From positions 1 to 38,775 of the forward strand of contig JBBCAW010000110.1 in NCBI GenBank assembly GCA_051382295.1: a stretch of 38,775 bases of DNA, read 5' to 3'. This document shows positions 29,551 to 37,962 of this stretch, in pieces. Positions within the stretch are counted from its first letter, which is position 1; each line of letters starts with the position of its first letter. The position numbers and the translations under genes were made by a program. Below the pieces are notes generated by a model. That model did not search any database and had not been told where the DNA came from. It worked only from the letters and a program-made list of their open reading frames with translations. The DNA is from Bdellovibrionota bacterium FG-1 (GTDB lineage: Bacteria; Bdellovibrionota; UBA1018).

Positions 29551-29771
29551 ATTACGGGTTTCAGGATTTTGAACCTATGTTTGTGGCTGCGCGGATGGGC
29601 TGATGCCGGAAAAAATGGCCCGACAACGTGGTGTTGCTAGGAAATTTCCTGTGAATGTTGAGAAATTTAGTCGGTGGTAACGGACTGTTACTGGGACTTT
29701 TTTCGGAGTGTAACAGACTCTGCGATGTGGAATGGATCGTTCGGTAAAAATAGATTACGGGTTTCAGGATT
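29543..29771 (+). repeat. Perfect 26-bp direct repeat AAAAATAGATTACGGGTTTCAGGATT, two copies
   Basis: Copies at 29543-29568 and 29746-29771. Confidence 0.9.
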
Positions 29772-29846
29772 GTCGCTAACTTTGCCGCTGTCTGGGGATG
29801 AAACCAGTCTGAGGGGAAGGTGTTTTGTCTGGCCGCGTATTTTCCT

Positions 29847-30677
29847 TCACGGCCAACTGCTGCTAGCTCTGATTTTCTGGCAATAGCTTTTCTTTGTATT
29901 TGCGCGATTGAAGTGGGGTTGCACGTTTGGCGAGTGGAAATTACCGCGTGGCTTTCCGAAATCCCGTGCGATTTGTTTAACCTCAACCATCAGCTGTTCG
30001 TAGTCGGCCATGCAGTCCTTGTATCGTGCCTCTCTTGCCTGGGACTGGTCGACGCTTCGATGATGCAACGGTGGGGTTGGTGTTTCTGCTCTGACGACTG
30101 ACTCTGTCCTGATCATGATCGTTTGAACTTTGGCCTGTTCGATAGCAGACATCTTTGCCTCAAGTACTGCCATCTTTTGCTCGGCAGCGGCGGTGCGGCT
30201 TTCTTGCTTTCCGATTATCATATAAACGCGGTCCTTGATGCTGTTCCAGACCGAATCCTGGGGAGTGAGTCCCTCAAGTTGCGAATAAATATCCTGATTT
30301 CGAACGAGTTCTGGGTTTGATAGCGACCTTCGGCTTTCGCCCTTTGCTTTGATTGCCTCTTCGCAGGCGGCAGTGTTAATACCGGCACGAGCGTAGGCTC
30401 TGAAGTTTTTGTCGGAAAGTTGTTCCAGATACCGATCCCAAATGACGATATCTCTGTGGGCAAGTGAACACTCTGAAATCACGTTCTTCACTGCCATCGA
30501 CTCCGCTTTGAACCGGGCCACTTCAGGGGTTGGGCCGAGGCCCTGTCCTGCGTGCATGATATCCCCACCGATAACGTGCCTTGATTGGCGATCGAGCCAT
30601 TCAGGGCGTGGTTCAGCAGCCATACACAGGGTGATAGTTAAAATGAAATACAGGATTGAGAGTGCGGTGACCTTCAT
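29847..30677 (-). CDS. Secreted protein (LPP20/FlgT-N-like G.G.T...A...A...A motif, then coiled coil and Cys pairs)
   Basis: Signal peptide MKVTALSILYFILTITLCMAA and GQGLGPTPEVARFKAESMA. Confidence 0.6.
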   Translation of the reverse strand: MKVTALSILYFILTITLCMAAEPRPEWLDRQSRHVIGGDIMHAGQGLGPTPEVARFKAESMAVKNVISECSLAHRDIVIWDRYLEQLSDKNFRAYARAGINTAACEEAIKAKGESRRSLSNPELVRNQDIYSQLEGLTPQDSVWNSIKDRVYMIIGKQESRTAAAEQKMAVLEAKMSAIEQAKVQTIMIRTESVVRAETPTPPLHHRSVDQSQAREARYKDCMADYEQLMVEVKQIARDFGKPRGNFHSPNVQPHFNRANTKKSYCQKIRASSSWP

Positions 30678-30755
30678 CGTTTTTTCCCGTTTTTTGAAGC
30701 ATCAAGAACAAATCTCCGAGCGAAGTCATTTTTTAGCCCTCTGTCCGTTGGGCCA

Positions 30756-31220
30756 TCAGGCAACATTAGTAGTGCCAGTAACATACAGTAATTCCAATCT
30801 GGATTTGAAGACCAATACTCCGAACACTCTTTCATCGGAGTTCGCGAGGAGATCTCTCGCCCTTAACATGAGACCCTCAAGGATTTCAGTTTTGTCGAAA
30901 TGACGTAATATTTCGTCCGACAAACTCAGGGTATGGATGTCGCAACCATCAATTAGGCAGCGGCTGACTATGGCAGTCAAACCGTCACCAGCGGCCTTTC
31001 GGGTCTTAATGTGCGCCAAGAGATGCACAACGATTGCCGAGGAAATCGATGGGTCTTGATTGTCCTGCTCGTTAAATGAAATCTTCACCAACTCATCCAC
31101 TATACTTACGTTATCTGAATTCGCACAGTTTACTTCTCTTTGAACGGAGATCCCCGGCCCTAATACAGGTTTTATATTGTCAGCTTTGGTGTTTGAGTTG
31201 CCCTTGGCTTTGAGTTTCAT
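30756..31220 (-). CDS. Hypothetical protein (154 aa)
   Basis: Starts 6 nt after the stop of the ClpX-like gene. No family recognised. Confidence 0.6.
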   Translation of the reverse strand: MKLKAKGNSNTKADNIKPVLGPGISVQREVNCANSDNVSIVDELVKISFNEQDNQDPSISSAIVVHLLAHIKTRKAAGDGLTAIVSRCLIDGCDIHTLSLSDEILRHFDKTEILEGLMLRARDLLANSDERVFGVLVFKSRLELLYVTGTTNVA

Positions 31221-31226
31221 TCTTTA

Positions 31227-32159
31227 CTAAACTTTAGCCCCGTGACATTTTTTTACGATCTCTTTCGTGATAGTCACGACCCCTTTAGGGCAGCCAAAAA
31301 TAATAAATTCTTTAATCTCTGACATTATCTTAGGTACGATCCTCATTCCATACTTTGGATTCTGTGCTGCCATTGCTAACTCTAAAAAGGCGGTGTTGTC
31401 GAATTCAACCTCAAACCCCTGTTCCTTCATCTCATCAAAAAATGTCACGATCATCTCGTCCTGGGCAACGCGCCTAACGACATCTTCAGTACTTGGGAGG
31501 TCAGTGGATGCGAATTTCTGTATCCGCCCAAGAAGCTCATTCTTAAAGCCATACTTTATGAGATCATCTGAATTCAATTTTGGCTGCGCCTGCTTCATTT
31601 CGTCGGTATAAGAGAACGCTCCGGCAAAAATCCACAGCGAGTTTCGAGTGTCAATGGCACCCTCTTGGATTCCTTGAATCAGCGTGAGCAGCTCCGATTG
31701 CAGTGAGTGGCTCTTATGAATGTCCCCACCGTTTGCAAATTCTGAGAGTTTATCAAACTCATCCAAAATGACGATGCAACCTCTCGAAGCCATCATATTC
31801 CCGCTAAAAAATCCAGTAAGGGAGTCTCGCAATGTATTTCCAACGTAGCCAGATGGTACAAGGCCAGAAGCATCGATCAACAGATAGGGGAGTTCAAAAT
31901 CAGGAACACATTGTTGGAGTAAATAAGTTTTACCAGAGCCACTCGGACCAGACACCAATAGATGCATTCGCCTGGTTCGGTTATTGATGAACTCTGACAA
32001 TGACAGCGCTAAAGACTGCTTGTATTTGGTGTTACCGATAATAGCTCTGTCTAACCGATCAAAAATAGACTGAGCGTTCCATGCCGCCTTGGATTTTGAC
32101 TTCTCCGTCTCTACCAAGGCCATTATTTCCCTAATTTTGGCTTCATCGAACTGTGACAT
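31227..32159 (-). CDS. ClpX/HslU-clade AAA+ ATPase, minimal (no Zn-binding domain, no IGF loop)
   Basis: IIGN, GPSGSGKT, DAS...GYVG, VILDEFDK, LQSELL.LIQG, IDT.N.LWIFAGAF, DLIKYGF..ELLGRI, YGMR. Confidence 0.85.
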   Translation of the reverse strand: MSQFDEAKIREIMALVETEKSKSKAAWNAQSIFDRLDRAIIGNTKYKQSLALSLSEFINNRTRRMHLLVSGPSGSGKTYLLQQCVPDFELPYLLIDASGLVPSGYVGNTLRDSLTGFFSGNMMASRGCIVILDEFDKLSEFANGGDIHKSHSLQSELLTLIQGIQEGAIDTRNSLWIFAGAFSYTDEMKQAQPKLNSDDLIKYGFKNELLGRIQKFASTDLPSTEDVVRRVAQDEMIVTFFDEMKEQGFEVEFDNTAFLELAMAAQNPKYGMRIVPKIMSEIKEFIIFGCPKGVVTITKEIVKKCHGAKV

Positions 32160-32161
32160 GT

Positions 32162-34330
32162 CTAACCCGCCTTCTTGATGCCTGTGATATTTAGGAGTTC
32201 CTCAACGTCAGCTCTTGAAACCCTTTCTGCATGTTCCGTGATTATGTGTCTCGTCTTATGGCGTCTGAAGAAAGTTTGATCGATTTTATCGAAGGCTCTG
32301 ACGAATCCGCCTGTTTCCATACAATAATGACAAAGTAGTGCAAGCGCATCGTCATCGTATTCTAAACCCCGCCTTGTGCAAACATGACCCACGGCTTTCA
32401 TTAAAGTTTCCAACGTCCAACCTGGGAATCGCCAGTCCGAGAAGTCTATACTTCCCCCTAATGCATTTCCAAAAATAGCTGTCAGACCATTAGTCAGCTG
32501 AAGTGCCGAATTATCCAAAGACGGTACCGTTCTCAAGAAAACAAAATATACAGGCTTTAAGGAATAGTTTGTTTTCAGCGCGTGGCGAAAGTCCATTAGT
32601 TCAGGCGACGGCCCGTTTGCCGCGTCTGTATCAAAAAACTCGTCTGGCAAATCAAATAGAACGAGCAGTCGTTTCTCTACAGTATTGGCTACTTGCAAGG
32701 AGCTGCAATCCGAGATTTTCACATACTTAACGCCTAAGTCGGGCAGGTTGAGGCCAGGAATTTCGTCAGTCAATCCGGAAATCCGTTGCGCAACCTCAGT
32801 TTTCCCGGTCCCTTGGGTTCCCCAGAAACATCGCATTCTACTTTTTGAGCTTAATAGAAAATCCTCTAGGTCCACCGAGAAGTGTTTTATGATTGAATCT
32901 AGTCCAACCATTCCCGTCATACTTTTTGTCAATTGTATTCTGATCTCAACAGCCGTCAACTTGACTGGAGGTGAAGTATTTTCCAATTCTTCCGACTTTG
33001 AAGTATCTTTCAGTAGTGCTCTAATTCTGTTATCAAATGTCTTGTCACAGGCCGCCTCACCAGCGTTATCTGTAATTCGTTTATCAGCGCCGTGGTGGAG
33101 CAACAGTGTCACTGCGAGTTCATGGTCATTTGCTGCCGCAATCATAAGTGCCGTTTGAGATTCCCTATTTTGTTTATCTAGGGTGGCCCCGGCTCCAATC
33201 AGCAACTCACATACATTAACAAAGCCGCCCTCCGCAGCGGCCATCAAGGGAGTATTGGATTGGTTACTTGAATTTACGTTGGCTCCGATTTTTATTAGCA
33301 GTTCAACGATGCCGTGGTAGCCACCAAGCGATGCGAGATATATGGGGGAATTTCCCTCGTCATTTTTAATTTCTGTATCGGGTTTTCTCTTTCCTATCTC
33401 CTCGGCGATTTTCAGAAAACCGTGCTCAGCGGCTATGGCTAATGACGTATTTCCGAACATGTCTTTTTCGTTAATATTCTTCATGCGAGCGATATTTTGT
33501 TTTACAAACTCCAAGTCGTCGGCCTCAATTTTTGACATAAATTCTTCAATATCCAATGCACCACTGGTGGTGTCATCTTTTTCTTGGCAAGTTCTATTTT
33601 CGTTTTGCACGCCATCACTGAATCCGTGCGCCTTGAAAATCTTTTTAAGAGCAGGACTTCCATCTTCAAAAATACCTGCCAAAAGACTATAACCTCTGGA
33701 GTCTTTGATGTAAGGACTAGCTCCTTTTTTTAAAAGTTGTTGCACAAGGTCGCCGTGATCGTTTTCTACGGCACAGGAGAGCGCAGTTTCTCGCTCTGCG
33801 TTTCGTTGATTGACATCAATGTCGGCGCTACTTAGCAAGAGGCTCGCGATTTCTAAATTTGATTGGTCTGCCGCCACAATTAAAGGAAAATTACCACTAT
33901 CGTTTTTGATGTTGGAGTTTGCACCGACTGCGATGAGCAGTTTAACAATCGAGCAATCTTCATTTGAGCAGGCGAAATGCAAAGCAGTGTCGCCACTTGT
34001 GTTTTTCAGATCTGGTTTGGCTTTATTTGTAAGTAAAAGACTGACCACATCTACATGCGAGGCGGAGGTGGCTAACATTAGAGCTGTTTCTTGCTCCTCA
34101 CTTCGGATATTTATGTCGCCGCCGGTTGCAATGAACTCACGCACTATTTGGATGTCACCATCGGAAGCGGCCTGGAGGAAAGTATCATCGCTGACATTAC
34201 CTTTATTCTTGGCCAATGAGTTACCTCTCTTTACATTTTGCGTGAGTTCGGGGGAATCCAATATCTTCCCATATGCCGACATCTTTTGATCTACCTTCCT
34301 ATCGGAAGGGGCCCTTTTTTCTTTAATCAT
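32162..34330 (-). CDS. Ankyrin-repeat protein with C-terminal divergent AAA+ domain
   Basis: Two blocks of ankyrin repeats (TALMLA, TALHFA, TPLMAA, etc.), then MVGLDSI, Walker A GTQGTGKT and Walker-B-like LLVLFDLPDE. Confidence 0.85.
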   Translation of the reverse strand: MIKEKRAPSDRKVDQKMSAYGKILDSPELTQNVKRGNSLAKNKGNVSDDTFLQAASDGDIQIVREFIATGGDINIRSEEQETALMLATSASHVDVVSLLLTNKAKPDLKNTSGDTALHFACSNEDCSIVKLLIAVGANSNIKNDSGNFPLIVAADQSNLEIASLLLSSADIDVNQRNAERETALSCAVENDHGDLVQQLLKKGASPYIKDSRGYSLLAGIFEDGSPALKKIFKAHGFSDGVQNENRTCQEKDDTTSGALDIEEFMSKIEADDLEFVKQNIARMKNINEKDMFGNTSLAIAAEHGFLKIAEEIGKRKPDTEIKNDEGNSPIYLASLGGYHGIVELLIKIGANVNSSNQSNTPLMAAAEGGFVNVCELLIGAGATLDKQNRESQTALMIAAANDHELAVTLLLHHGADKRITDNAGEAACDKTFDNRIRALLKDTSKSEELENTSPPVKLTAVEIRIQLTKSMTGMVGLDSIIKHFSVDLEDFLLSSKSRMRCFWGTQGTGKTEVAQRISGLTDEIPGLNLPDLGVKYVKISDCSSLQVANTVEKRLLVLFDLPDEFFDTDAANGPSPELMDFRHALKTNYSLKPVYFVFLRTVPSLDNSALQLTNGLTAIFGNALGGSIDFSDWRFPGWTLETLMKAVGHVCTRRGLEYDDDALALLCHYCMETGGFVRAFDKIDQTFFRRHKTRHIITEHAERVSRADVEELLNITGIKKAG

Positions 34331-34489
34331 CGATTTCTCCCCTCTAGTGAAGAAAGTTGGCGCTGGAGCCTTCTGAAGGCATGGAACCGAGACGCGGTGT
34401 CATTTCGATGACCTTTTCACTATAGTCATAGTCGCAATCGCACTTATCTCGATACCTTGGTGGATAACCTGCCGCATCGATCGGATGAC

Positions 34490-34819
34490 TTACTCTTTTG
34501 ACGCTTTGTTGGCGGTCTTAGGGGCGAGGGTGCTCAAGGTCTTTAATTTCTTGGCGGCTATGCCCTTCGTTGTTGGCGTAGTGCGTGGATAACCTCCAAT
34601 TGTGGAGGTATGCTCCTCTCTCCATGCCTCTGGGGGCAGTGCTTTAAATCCATCGAACATTAGCTTTCTTGCTGCGTCATGAATTGAAAGAATATTCCCC
34701 ATGTCGTCAAGTTGTCCGGCTGCATAATTTTGCAGAGCCATGAATACATGGCCTGAGAGCCGAAAAGTAATTATCCCGGAACTTTTTGAGTGCCTTTTCG
34801 TCTTTGCCTGATCGGCCAT
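34490..34819 (-). CDS. Small putative ribbon-helix-helix-like DNA-binding protein
   Basis: SD GAGG before MADQAK. IITFRLSGHVFMALQNYAA...SIHDAARKLM follows an RHH pattern, with a basic tail. Confidence 0.5.
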   Translation of the reverse strand: MADQAKTKRHSKSSGIITFRLSGHVFMALQNYAAGQLDDMGNILSIHDAARKLMFDGFKALPPEAWREEHTSTIGGYPRTTPTTKGIAAKKLKTLSTLAPKTANKASKE

Positions 34820-34877
34820 TTTCTTCCTCATTGATAAAAAGTCAGTAGTTGCGCTTGTAAACATTGTACGCGTTCTC

Positions 34878-34907
34878 TTGACAAAACGCTACGGCAGCAT
34901 GTATACT
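34878..34907 (+). promoter_or_regulatory. Near-consensus sigma70 promoter driving the resolvase operon
   Basis: TTGACA (34878-83), 18 nt, TATACT (34902-07). Confidence 0.6.
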
Positions 34908-34958
34908 GAAATGGTCAAGTATTAAGCCCCGAATAACATGGGCTTTTTTGGAGGCGTT

Positions 34959-35297
34959 ATGGGACTTGTTCAACTGAAACAGGAAAGCATCACATCGGGC
35001 GAGGTCGCAGCCGTCCTTAGTCTCGTTGAAACAATCCAGGCCCTTGAGCGTAGGGTTTGCGAATTACATACGGCGTTGGACCCGCAGGTGGGTTCCATTA
35101 TTTCAAGGCTGGATGCCGGAGCCGACACCTCCGGACTGGGCTTCGATCTCTTTGTCCGTGAACTCTCCAGGCGTTCTGTTGCCTGGCGTGAGGTCGCGGA
35201 AAAAAATCTCGGAGCAGCACTCGTAGAAAAGGTCCTATCCGAAGCTCCGGTAAAGACCCACCGTTTTCTGACAATCAATGGCAGGAAGGTTGCCTGA
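34959..35297 (+). CDS. Hypothetical protein
   Basis: SD GGAGG before ATG 34959. First gene of a coupled operon. Confidence 0.55.
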   Translation: MGLVQLKQESITSGEVAAVLSLVETIQALERRVCELHTALDPQVGSIISRLDAGADTSGLGFDLFVRELSRRSVAWREVAEKNLGAALVEKVLSEAPVKTHRFLTINGRKVA

Positions 35298-35300
35298 CCT

Positions 35301-35834
35301 ATGGCGAAGCACTACCTATATACGCCGCTCCTGCCTCACGAGGAAGCTGACCAAGCGATAAGGGATATCATTGCCGTGGCGCGAGATGCACAGATAGGCT
35401 CACCGCTGGAGGTCGTGGTCTCGTCGTGGAGGACTCTCCCTCATGGGGCACTTGTCTTCTCTGACGGACTTCACCGCTTCGGTAGCGACCCACAGTCAGT
35501 CCTGCGGACACTCCTGGCGCTTATCACTAGGGACAATGGCATCCTCATTGGATCGTGCGATTTGCGCGTCTCAAGTATCCACCGAGCGGTCCTGATTGAT
35601 TTCATGCAAGCTCTCGCTGGTGTTTCCCAGATTTACAGAAAGAGCAGGATTCGTGCGGCATTTAAAAGAAGGCGGGAACAAGGATTACCATCGGGAAGAT
35701 CGGGGGTATCTGGTGAAATTCGCCAAAAGATCCTAGCTGAGTCTTCAGGTTCGGTCAGGGACACTGCGAAGCGGTTCGGTGTAAGTAAGAGCTTTGTTGG
35801 GCAACTTCGAAAAAAGAATCGTGGTGCCGCGTGA
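35301..35834 (+). CDS. Degenerate serine resolvase-like protein with C-terminal HTH
   Basis: LHRFG (cf. DRLG), ALAG...RKSRIRAAF..RREQG..SGR, HTH SVRDTAKRFGVSKSFV. No YxRxS motif. Confidence 0.65.
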   Translation: MAKHYLYTPLLPHEEADQAIRDIIAVARDAQIGSPLEVVVSSWRTLPHGALVFSDGLHRFGSDPQSVLRTLLALITRDNGILIGSCDLRVSSIHRAVLIDFMQALAGVSQIYRKSRIRAAFKRRREQGLPSGRSGVSGEIRQKILAESSGSVRDTAKRFGVSKSFVGQLRKKNRGAA

Positions 35835-36445
35835 AAGCATTAACAGTGGCAACCTACAGCCGATGCAGTACTGCTGACAAAGGGCAAAACCCAGAAGTTC
35901 AGGTTCATGAACTGCGTAGGTATTGCGAAGCTAGGGGATGGCTGATTACCGAAGAGATTATTGATCACGGCTATTCAGGCGGCAGCGGAGCGGATCAACG
36001 CCCAGGTCTTCGGAAACTTATGGCTCTCGTTCGGGCACGGCAGGTCGATGGTGTAGTCGTTGTCAAGATGGATAGATTCTTCAGGTCGTTAAAAAATCTA
36101 GTAACAACTTTGGACGAGTTTCAAAGTTTAGGCGTCACTTTCACTGCGACCCAAGACCAGATTGATATGAGTTCTGCGAGTGGTCGCCTCATGCTTCATC
36201 TTATCGGGGCATTTAGCGAGTTTGAAAAATCGCTACTGCGCGAAAGAACAATGCTGGGTCTTGACCACGCTCGTCGCAGCGGCAAAACGCTTGGTCGTCC
36301 CAAGCGGCGGGATGACAAGGCGATTGCAGATTTGAGATCCCAAGGTCTCTCTATCCGCCAGATAGCCCTTGCCCTTGGAGTGTCAACGACGGCAGTCCAG
36401 CGCGGACTGTCTGTGACCAAATCGGGTCTCCGGAGGGCATCCTAA
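35831..36445 (+). CDS. Serine resolvase/invertase with C-terminal HTH
   Basis: YSRCST, DHGYSG, RPGL, MDRFFRS, FSEFEKSLLRERT..GL..AR..GKTLGRP, HTH. GTGA overlap with the upstream gene. Confidence 0.92.
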   Translation: MKALTVATYSRCSTADKGQNPEVQVHELRRYCEARGWLITEEIIDHGYSGGSGADQRPGLRKLMALVRARQVDGVVVVKMDRFFRSLKNLVTTLDEFQSLGVTFTATQDQIDMSSASGRLMLHLIGAFSEFEKSLLRERTMLGLDHARRSGKTLGRPKRRDDKAIADLRSQGLSIRQIALALGVSTTAVQRGLSVTKSGLRRAS

Positions 36446-36763
36446 GTGCGTAAAACTAAACAGGCGAGAAAAGCAAAACCTGGCATGACGAAACCGTTCG
36501 TTTTCGGGACAGAAGGCGTCCGCCAGTTCGACAGGCCTCTTCGCTACCTCCGGGAGGCAGCGCTGAAAGTGCGTGGACTCGCTTACCTCATTGAGAATCA
36601 CCACGATGAGCCAGGCACCCCTTTGGACTTCGAAGATATTAATTCTGGGATCGGGCTGATTCTAACCCAATGCTCGCGGTCAATCCTTCGTCATACACGA
36701 GGGATCGAGGAGCGATCTCTCACAACGATGGTTAAGCGTTCCTCAAAGGAGATGAAACCATGA
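36446..36763 (+). CDS. Hypothetical protein
   Basis: ORF begins immediately after the resolvase stop. Confidence 0.45.
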   Translation: MRKTKQARKAKPGMTKPFVFGTEGVRQFDRPLRYLREAALKVRGLAYLIENHHDEPGTPLDFEDINSGIGLILTQCSRSILRHTRGIEERSLTTMVKRSSKEMKP

Positions 36764-36767
36764 ACCA

Positions 36768-36992
36768 TCACTCAAATTCAATCAACTTCCTGAGTGGAAC
36801 CCCGATGGTGATTGCGATTTTCTGCAAAGTCCAAATTTGGGGGTTCACGAGACCATTTTCAATCTTTGACAGGGTACCCCGCGAAAATCCGGCTTCCAAA
36901 TATATGCGATCCTGCGAGTACCCTTTGGTTCGCCGAACCCTTGCTATGTGCGCACCCAATTTATTCAAAAATGCCTGTTGTTTCGGCTCCAT
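36768..36992 (-). CDS. XRE-family HTH transcriptional regulator
   Basis: LGAHIARVRRTKGYSQ...SRGTLSKIENG..NP...TL.KIA. Confidence 0.85.
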   Translation of the reverse strand: MEPKQQAFLNKLGAHIARVRRTKGYSQDRIYLEAGFSRGTLSKIENGLVNPQIWTLQKIAITIGVPLRKLIEFE

Positions 36993-37197
36993 TTCCTCTC
37001 ATCGTGTGACAATGAGTAATTCATACTCTTCCAATAAGAAGGGAATCGTTAAGAAGGTCAAGTTTAGGAAGGAAATGCCGAAAAATGAGATAGTCCCATG
37101 TTTCGACATTAGTGCGCCAAAAATTCAACCGGCACCGTCAGGTGTGCCTTAAAAGAAAAAGGGGCGGCATAGGAAATACCCATGTTTGGAGGCAGTT

Positions 37198-37869
37198 ATG
37201 AATATTAAAGATGTCAAAAATGTAGGTTCCACTCAGTCTATAAAATGGATGCTTTTTTTTGCTACATTTTGTGCTTGCTCAAGTGCACCAGTTGCCAGAA
37301 CCAAATACTCCGACCATGCCCATCGCGTTTTTCTCTCCCCAAAAGGGATTTCTGGAGAAGACTACGTCGCCATTCAGGCGTCGTTATCAGAAGTTAACCG
37401 ATTCTTCATCGTGGACCGCTCAAGTGGTTTCAATGCTGTTCGTAGAGAGCAAGCAATGATTCATCGTGACGACATCGAGGCTTTTAACGATGCGGACAAG
37501 TATTCAAGGCTGGGGGCGCTTTATTCGGTGGGGGCAGTGATTGTTGCTAACGCGCATTGTACCCGAATTGAGGGCTTCCTTGGTCCGTCGCTAATGTGTC
37601 GGCAATACATCAGTGCAGTCGATGCTTCCACTGGCTTGGTAATCGTTGCTGTTTCTGGGACTTCTGAGGCGAGAATGGTCAACGGTATGCCATCATGGGA
37701 TGACACCGTGGACAAGTTTTGCAAGGCCTTTCCAACGACTTGGGAGTCAAATCAGAACACCGCTGAATTGGAGACTTACCGAAAACTAGCTGGTGAAGAG
37801 GCCCGAAAACAAAAACTAAAACCGCACAAAGAACAACCAACGAAGGACGACCCCTTTGGTGAAGACTAA
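37198..37869 (+). CDS. CsgG/HfaB-like lipoprotein
   Basis: SD GGAGG, lipobox-like FCACSS, RFFIVDRS...VRREQ and VDASTG.VI motifs. Confidence 0.55.
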   Translation: MNIKDVKNVGSTQSIKWMLFFATFCACSSAPVARTKYSDHAHRVFLSPKGISGEDYVAIQASLSEVNRFFIVDRSSGFNAVRREQAMIHRDDIEAFNDADKYSRLGALYSVGAVIVANAHCTRIEGFLGPSLMCRQYISAVDASTGLVIVAVSGTSEARMVNGMPSWDDTVDKFCKAFPTTWESNQNTAELETYRKLAGEEARKQKLKPHKEQPTKDDPFGED

Positions 37870-37962
37870 AGCAACAGATGGCAACATTATCCGAGCAAGG
37901 TGGGCGGAAACGAAGAAAAAGTCGGCATAGAATAGGTGGCAGATTTTTTGATCGGAGATTAT

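Noticed and set aside
29543..29771. Direct repeats as a mini CRISPR array
   Set aside because: Only two copies, a 177-nt spacer and no cas genes in the window.
29561..29986. 141-aa minus-strand ORF across the repeat region
   Set aside because: No motif, overlaps the secreted-protein gene in another frame, and spans what looks like a cis-acting site.
35280..35834. C-terminal tails RKVA / RGAA as ClpX degrons for the island ATPase
   Set aside because: Too short to distinguish from chance, and the island ATPase lacks the RKH loop used for ssrA-type tags.
36760..37152. 130-aa plus-strand ORF
   Set aside because: Antisense shadow of the clear XRE gene at 36768-36992.
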